A DNA stretch of 64,000 bases, taken from contig JANQHX010000007.1 of the NCBI GenBank assembly GCA_028282465.1, positions 1 to 64,000 on the forward strand, in the 5' to 3' direction. Made by a program: the position numbers and the translations under genes. This DNA is from Gynuella sp. GTDB lineage: Bacteria > Pseudomonadota > Gammaproteobacteria > Pseudomonadales > Natronospirillaceae. The notes under the pieces were generated by a model that made no database searches, was not told the DNA's origin, and saw only the letters and a program-made list of their open reading frames with translations. Shown here piece after piece: positions 58,281 to 64,000 of the stretch. Positions within the stretch are counted from its first letter, which is position 1. The number at the start of each line of letters is the position of its first letter.

Positions 58281-59897
58281 TTAGTCTTGAGGGCCCTTAA
58301 ATATCTTTCCTGCAACGCCTTCATATTTCCAAGATCCCTTACCACCTTCTAATTCGCCCCAGTTACCTGTGTAGAAGTGATCTCCAATTTTAGAGTTGTA
58401 GTATCTAAACACATCCTTTGTATTACCAGATGTTGGTAAATAGGTTGCTATACCTTCATATTTCCATCCAGAATGACCCGAGCCAAGTTCACCCCAATTT
58501 GTTGTATAAAAATGATCTGTGGAACCTGAATGATAGTAACGATAGAGCGGCTTGGTTCCTGAAACATTTTTACGGTACGAATAACCTAAAACACCTTCAT
58601 ATTTCCATCCAGAGTCAGGTGCAGATTGTAGCTCCGACCAATTCGCTGTATAAAAATGGTCGCCAATGCCGTGGTTATAATATCTGTGAATCGCGGTATA
58701 GGTAGATGAAGTACCTCTGGAATATGCCAGCAGGTTTGGCGTGTCACCAGTTTTTCTATCTGTAACCCTTCCAAAAGTAACCTTACCCATTACATGATTA
58801 ATTACCGAAGATGGCGATGCGTTTTTTGCACCTTGTAGGTACAAGGCAGCAACTCCAGCAACATGCGGCGATGCCATAGACGTACCATTTAACGTTCGAG
58901 TAGAGCTGTCACTGAATCGATAGGTCGATTTAACATTGACACCTGGAGCCCAAACATCAACACATTGGCCATAATTTGAAAAGCTTGCTCGCTTGTCATT
59001 GGAATCTGTTGCGCCAATAGTTAAAGCTTCTTTAACTCTAGCAGGGCTTCTACTACAAGCGTCTGTATTTTCATTGCCAGCGGCAACAACAACAGTAAAT
59101 CCAGCTTGGAAAGCTCTTCGAATAGCGTCGTCTGCAGTTCTAGAACCTCCGCCACCGAGACTTGCATTAATCACAGCGGGCCTAACACCATTGTTAACGA
59201 TCCAATCTAACCCTGCTGCGAAGTCAGACCATTTTCCATCGCCATTACAATCCAATACTCTCACTGGAACCAAGTTCACCTGCTTAGCAACGCCGTAAGT
59301 TGTACCACCAATTGTGCCTGCCACGTGGGTACCATGACCCTCGCAGTCTGTGCCATTATGATTTCTTCTATTAATTGCGTCCCAACCATTTGCGACCCGA
59401 CCACGAAGATCATTGTGTGAAGCTCTTATTCCAGTATCGACAACATAGGCTGTTACACCTACGCCTGTTCTGTCATAGCTGTATTTACTATTCAAACTTT
59501 TGCCACGCTGATCAATGCGATCTAAATTCCAAACGGGATTATTTTGCGTTGCTTGCTTGGTCACAATTCCATCTTGCTCTATGTATTCTACATGTGAGCT
59601 TTTACTGAGATTAGTAATTGCTGCTTTGCTTCCAACAACAACAAAACCATTGATCACTTTGTTATAGACATATTTAACATCTAAACCATGTTCACTAGCC
59701 ATTGTTTTGGCTCGAACCGACTTAGACATTCCGGCATATTTTAGCTTATCTGTTGTTACCTTTCCTTCATCCTTTAATACAACAATATAGCGATTAAGAT
59801 TAGAGTTATTGCTATATACTTTAGCTGCTAAGCTACCCGTGCTCATTAACGCCGAGCACATCACTAATGACACTATTGATGAATACTTAAATTTCAT
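58281..59897 (-). CDS. Secreted subtilisin-like serine protease (S8) with I9 propeptide and three C-terminal 45-aa repeats
   Basis: It has a signal peptide, and its propeptide 'RYIVVLKDEGK' is I9-like. The catalytic triad contexts are 'VVDTGI', 'HGTHVAGT' and 'GTSMASPHVAG'. The C-terminus carries 'RYYNHGIGDHFYTANWSEL...GWKYEGV' three times. Confidence 0.9.
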   Translation of the reverse strand: MKFKYSSIVSLVMCSALMSTGSLAAKVYSNNSNLNRYIVVLKDEGKVTTDKLKYAGMSKSVRAKTMASEHGLDVKYVYNKVINGFVVVGSKAAITNLSKSSHVEYIEQDGIVTKQATQNNPVWNLDRIDQRGKSLNSKYSYDRTGVGVTAYVVDTGIRASHNDLRGRVANGWDAINRRNHNGTDCEGHGTHVAGTIGGTTYGVAKQVNLVPVRVLDCNGDGKWSDFAAGLDWIVNNGVRPAVINASLGGGGSRTADDAIRRAFQAGFTVVVAAGNENTDACSRSPARVKEALTIGATDSNDKRASFSNYGQCVDVWAPGVNVKSTYRFSDSSTRTLNGTSMASPHVAGVAALYLQGAKNASPSSVINHVMGKVTFGRVTDRKTGDTPNLLAYSRGTSSTYTAIHRYYNHGIGDHFYTANWSELQSAPDSGWKYEGVLGYSYRKNVSGTKPLYRYYHSGSTDHFYTTNWGELGSGHSGWKYEGIATYLPTSGNTKDVFRYYNSKIGDHFYTGNWGELEGGKGSWKYEGVAGKIFKGPQD

Positions 59898-60472
59898 TTT
59901 TATTCCTTTTCAAGCATGTTTAATTCCTTCGATCAATCTACCAAAAGTAATCAAACAATTCTTTTTGATTGGAGAAGAAAAATTGATAGCATTTGAAAAT
60001 CACGAGCCAGCTCGCAACTTTAAAATATTGAATAATGATGATTTATTTTTGTGATGAAGCTATTGGCTTTAATGATTTGAATCTTAGATACACAAGATGC
60101 CCATCGCAATTTTCTTTATGATTGATAACAAAGGCTTGCTTTTTAACCAAACATTTCATCTTTGTCCAAACAGACACAACCCTAACTCAGATCATCTTTT
60201 ATACTTGATGTTTCGACTAATAAAACTAATCAAGTCAAATAGGAGTAATTGTTTAAACTCATGGTAATGATCCTACAAACAACTCCAAATTTTTTCTTAG
60301 CATTCTATATAAATTAATTCTAAGCTCTTCATGCGTTATACCTTTAAACAAGCCGCCTTATTTACTGCGTTGAGTTTGCACATAAGAGAAAATTGAGATT
60401 ACTTAAAAAATATTGCCAAACACCTAAAAATCCCTACCATTAACTAAATCTTGATCAAATAATCTACTTGCT

Positions 60473-61990
60473 ATGTTCAATCTAAAACTCCAGCCGACCT
60501 CTAACAAGCGAAACTTAGCCGCTATTGACCTGGGCTCTAATAGTTTCCATTTGATAATTGCAAAGATTGAAGGAGACCAACTGCTGATCCAAGACAAGAT
60601 CAAAGAATCTGTGCGTCTTGGGTTTGGCTTGAAGTACAACGGTGAGCTTAGCGAAGAAGCACGGTTAAGAGCCTTAGATTGCCTGAGCCGATTTGGCGAA
60701 AGGCTAAAGGATTTTACACCGGGTTCAGTGCGAACCGTAGGCACAAAAACCTTGCGTAGTTTGGCCGATGCAGAGGAATTTTTGGCTCAAGCAGAAAACC
60801 GACTGGGCCACAGCATCGAGATTGTTTCGGGTGAAGAAGAGGCTCGCTTAATTTACGCTGGCGTATCTCGAAATCTAGCCTTTGATGGTAGGCACCGTAT
60901 TTTGATGGATATCGGCGGTGGTTCAACTGAAATAATTATTGGTAAGGACATGAATCCAGAGCTGAAGGAAAGCTTGAGCATGGGGTGTGTTCAAGTCATG
61001 CGCGACTTTTTCAGTGATGGTAAGGTGACAAATAGTCGCATTAAAACAGCTCACACTTATTGTTTACAGGAAATTGAACCGATTTTGGATAGCTATCTCG
61101 ACCATGGTTGGGATGTGGTACTAGGCTCCTCCGGTTCAATTAAAGCGGCGTCCAAGGTTTGTGAAGCCATGGGCTTCAGTAAAGGGGTTATTGAAAAAAA
61201 ATTCCTTACGCAAATTATCAATATTTATAAAGACCAGGGTGACTTAGACGTTGACATCAAAGGCCTAGCCGATGAACGTAAACCGGTTTTTTTAGGCGGC
61301 TGTATTGTTCTAAGAGCTTTGTTTGAGTCTCTGAAATTAAAAGAAATGACTGCGTCAGACTGGTCTTTAAGAGAGGGGCTACTTTACGATCTTGTTGGAC
61401 GAATAGATAACAAAGACATTCGAGACAGCAGTGTCAGCCATTTAGCAAAACGCTTTCGAGTTAATAGCTCACATGCAGCTCGTGTTAAGGACACTGCACT
61501 GAATTTTTTAGATCAGCTTGCTGAACCTTGGCAACTTTCAAGGCCGGAATCTGATCAATTATTGAGTTGGGCTAGTGACTTAGTTTTTGTTGGTCTGGAC
61601 ATCACCCACAGCGACTATCATAAACATGGTGCGTATGTGGTGGAGCATGTGGACCTAGCTGGATTTTCTAGACAAGAACAAGCTCAGCTGGCTGCATTGA
61701 TTTTGGCCCATCGAAAACGTTTCCCGTTAAAGGTTATGGATCAATACAAAGCAGAGCTTATATTTATTGCGATTATTTTGAGGTTAGCAGTGCTCTTCAA
61801 CCGAACACGCTTAAAAGAAGGTTTGCCAGAATTAGATTTGGAGATTAAGAAAAACAAATTGAGAGTTTTGCTACCTACTGGATGGCTAGAGAAACACCCG
61901 CTGACATTAGCTGATTTGGAAACTGAAAAACGGCGTTTAAACGCCGTTGATATTGAGTTGCTTTATCCAGTACCAGATACCGAAGACTAG
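60473..61990 (+). CDS. ppx: Exopolyphosphatase (Ppx/GppA family)
   Basis: The 505-aa product has 'LAAIDLGSNSFHLIIAK' (the actin-like ATPase fold phosphate-1 motif) and 'VSGEEEARLIYAGV'. Confidence 0.9.
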   Translation: MFNLKLQPTSNKRNLAAIDLGSNSFHLIIAKIEGDQLLIQDKIKESVRLGFGLKYNGELSEEARLRALDCLSRFGERLKDFTPGSVRTVGTKTLRSLADAEEFLAQAENRLGHSIEIVSGEEEARLIYAGVSRNLAFDGRHRILMDIGGGSTEIIIGKDMNPELKESLSMGCVQVMRDFFSDGKVTNSRIKTAHTYCLQEIEPILDSYLDHGWDVVLGSSGSIKAASKVCEAMGFSKGVIEKKFLTQIINIYKDQGDLDVDIKGLADERKPVFLGGCIVLRALFESLKLKEMTASDWSLREGLLYDLVGRIDNKDIRDSSVSHLAKRFRVNSSHAARVKDTALNFLDQLAEPWQLSRPESDQLLSWASDLVFVGLDITHSDYHKHGAYVVEHVDLAGFSRQEQAQLAALILAHRKRFPLKVMDQYKAELIFIAIILRLAVLFNRTRLKEGLPELDLEIKKNKLRVLLPTGWLEKHPLTLADLETEKRRLNAVDIELLYPVPDTED

Positions 61991-62007
61991 TTAAGAATAC
62001 TGATTGC

Positions 62008-64000
62008 TTAACTCCACTTGTCCATCAACAACATTTGTGCAGACACTGGTTCATGGTCTTCAGGTGTCGTCAGTGTATAACTGCCGTCTGGCTGCAGCTC
62101 CCAAGCATGAGTGTTGTCACTCAAATAGATATATAAATCATCTAAGATTTTCTCTTTATGCTTTTTAGCTTTCACCGGAAAACAAGTTTCCACACGATGG
62201 TGCATATTACGAATCATCCAGTCTGCACTTGAGCAGAATACTTCTGATTCACCACCATTGTGAAAAACAAATACTCGCGTGTGCTCTAAAAAACGCCCTA
62301 CAATACTACGAACTCTTATATTTTCTGAAACCTCTGGAATACCCGGTCGAATTTGGCAAACACCACGAACAATCAAATCAACCTGCACACCGGCTTGTGA
62401 CGCTTCATAAAGTTTCTTAACCAATTCTTCTTCATAAAGAGAATTCATTTTTAGAATAATACTGGCTTCTTTGCCTTCACTAGCATTATCTATTTCATTT
62501 TGGATTTTCTTCATCATGGTTTTATGCAAAGTAAATGGCGCGTGAACAAGAGCATCCATCTTTGATACTTTACCCAAACCCGTTAACTGCAAGAAGATTC
62601 GATAAACATCTTCACCCAGAGCCTTGTCACCGGTAATCAAACCGTAATCGGTATAGATTGCTGAGGTTTTTGGATGGTAGTTTCCGGTACCTAAATGCAC
62701 ATAATGACGCAAGGTACTGGCTTCACGACGGGACACCATGATCATTTTGGCGTGAGTTTTAAAGCCTACAACTCCGTATACAACGTGAATACCCACTTCC
62801 TGGAGCCTTGCTGCCAACGCAACATTGGCTTCTTCATCAAAACGAGCTCTAAGCTCAACAACCACAGTGACTTCTTTACCCGCTTTCGCTGCGTTAACCA
62901 GAGCATCCACAATGGGCGAGTTGGGGCCGGTACGGTATAGAGTTTGTTTAATGGCCAATACATCGGGATCACGAGCAGCCTGCCTCAAGAACTCTACAAC
63001 TGTAGAAAAAGAATCGTAGGGATGATGCAGTAATATTTCCTGACGCTTTAATATGGTGAAAATATTTTTCTTCTGCTTGATGAATTTTTGTTGCGCTTGC
63101 TGAAATCTCGGAAAATAAAATTCTGGATTCTTTTCCAGATCAAAGAGTTCGGCTAATCGATTCAAATTGACTGGGCCGTTCACTCTATAAAGATCATTTT
63201 CATTAATTTCACAGCGTTCAGCTAAAAAGTTGGTCAACTCGTCGGGGCAGTTATCTGCAATTTCAATTCTCACTTCATCGCCATACTGGCGATAAACCAA
63301 CTCCCCTTCCATGGATCTCAACAAATCTTCAGATTCCTCTTCATCCAGAAAAATATCTGAGTTACGAGTTAATCTGAATTGATAGCAGTTCTGTACAGTC
63401 ATTCCGAAAAAGATTTCTTCCATAAAGAAATGGATGATGGACGACATGAATATGTACTCACGCCCTTTGCCAAGGCTCAACTCGGTGGGCATGGGTAAAA
63501 TGTGGGGTAACGATCTAGGCACCTGAACAATGGCTCGACCTGAGTTACGGCCAAAGGCATCCTTACCTTGAAGCTGAACAATAAAATTCAGGCTTTTGTT
63601 CAAGATCCTCGGAAAAGGATGAGCAGGATCAAGACCGACAGGACTCAGCAATGGCAGCACTTCTGTCTCGAAGTAGCGTTTTAAGTAGTCCTTGTGTTCA
63701 TCTGTCCATTCGTCTCGACGGAGAATACAAATTCCATGTTCCCGTAATAACGGAATTAATGAATTATTTAAAATGTCATACTGTCGATCCACCATGGTGT
63801 GGGCACGCACAGAAATTCTTTCCAAGGCTTCTTCTGCATTCAATTGATCTGGCCCTGAAACACCCGTTCTACCTGCGTCAATGAGTTCTTTTAGCCCTCC
63901 CACTCGCACTTCGAAAAACTCATCAAGATTCGTAGCTGAAATACAGAGGAATCTTAAGCGCTCTAAAAGTGGGATGGTTTCTAAAGTGGATTGATACAAA
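62008..64000 (-). CDS. ppk: Polyphosphate kinase 1, N-terminus truncated by the window end
   Basis: The product has 'RFLCISATNLDEFFEVRVGGL' and two PLD-like HKD-type motifs ('KTHAKMIMV', 'LGTGNYHPKT...' and 'GRFLEHTRV'). The C-terminal 'LLMDKWS' resembles the E. coli PPK end. The frame is open to position 64000, so the true start lies beyond the window. Confidence 0.95.
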   Translation of the reverse strand, partial: LYQSTLETIPLLERLRFLCISATNLDEFFEVRVGGLKELIDAGRTGVSGPDQLNAEEALERISVRAHTMVDRQYDILNNSLIPLLREHGICILRRDEWTDEHKDYLKRYFETEVLPLLSPVGLDPAHPFPRILNKSLNFIVQLQGKDAFGRNSGRAIVQVPRSLPHILPMPTELSLGKGREYIFMSSIIHFFMEEIFFGMTVQNCYQFRLTRNSDIFLDEEESEDLLRSMEGELVYRQYGDEVRIEIADNCPDELTNFLAERCEINENDLYRVNGPVNLNRLAELFDLEKNPEFYFPRFQQAQQKFIKQKKNIFTILKRQEILLHHPYDSFSTVVEFLRQAARDPDVLAIKQTLYRTGPNSPIVDALVNAAKAGKEVTVVVELRARFDEEANVALAARLQEVGIHVVYGVVGFKTHAKMIMVSRREASTLRHYVHLGTGNYHPKTSAIYTDYGLITGDKALGEDVYRIFLQLTGLGKVSKMDALVHAPFTLHKTMMKKIQNEIDNASEGKEASIILKMNSLYEEELVKKLYEASQAGVQVDLIVRGVCQIRPGIPEVSENIRVRSIVGRFLEHTRVFVFHNGGESEVFCSSADWMIRNMHHRVETCFPVKAKKHKEKILDDLYIYLSDNTHAWELQPDGSYTLTTPEDHEPVSAQMLLMDKWS

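Noticed and set aside
58044-58352. 102-aa plus-strand ORF spanning the DUF3810 start and the subtilase stop
   Set aside because: It bridges two well-supported minus-strand genes and the AT-rich spacer between them. It has no RBS.

Overview
This 64-kb window is chromosomal DNA that looks gammaproteobacterial, about 42-45% GC by eye. Gene order resembles Pseudomonas and marine Oceanospirillales: argH next to algZ-algR, ubiE-ubiJ-ubiB-hisE-HIT-tatABC, and convergent ppk/ppx. I can support about 60 protein-coding genes. I found no rRNA, tRNA, CRISPR array, transposase or integrase.

Four things stand out:

- **Membrane-stress cluster (about 2.0-12.7 kb, minus strand).** A 10.6-kb same-strand gene cluster combines a YjfI(DUF2170)/YjfJ(PspA-IM30) pair, a YqiJ/YqiK (DUF1449 plus SPFH-flotillin) pair, a 1757-aa coiled-coil AAA+ (AAA_5-like) ATPase of no family I recognise, two paralogous 80-aa TerB-like proteins bracketing the module, and a rhomboid protease. 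I propose it as one undescribed membrane-remodelling or envelope-stress system: an ESCRT-III-like PspA, a flotillin scaffold and a giant ATPase.
- **Accessory-looking island (28.1-38.2 kb).** Two paralogous secreted 587-aa right-handed beta-helix proteins bracket two paralogous secreted ankyrin-repeat proteins (each with a Pro/Lys-rich linker) and an 885-aa lipoprotein. Each gene has a long AT-rich upstream region and its own terminator.
- **selD overlapping a radical SAM gene.** selD stop/start-overlaps (ATGA) a YhcC/TIGR01212-type radical SAM gene. No other selenium-utilisation gene is visible in the window.
- **M48 peptidase-pilin fusion.** A single ORF joins an M48-type membrane metallopeptidase to a complete type IVa pilin-like domain that lacks the prepilin cleavage signature. 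It sits beside algZ/algR homologues.

The rest is housekeeping: hemW (partial), ygiQ, yaeQ, rapA, pfkA, ppiC, yceH, tatABC, ubiEJB, dapB, djlA, dtd, ppx and ppk (partial). There are also two methyl-accepting chemotaxis proteins (one with a CZB domain), an ECF sigma/anti-sigma/DUF4097 trio, and a secreted S8 subtilase with three C-terminal repeats.
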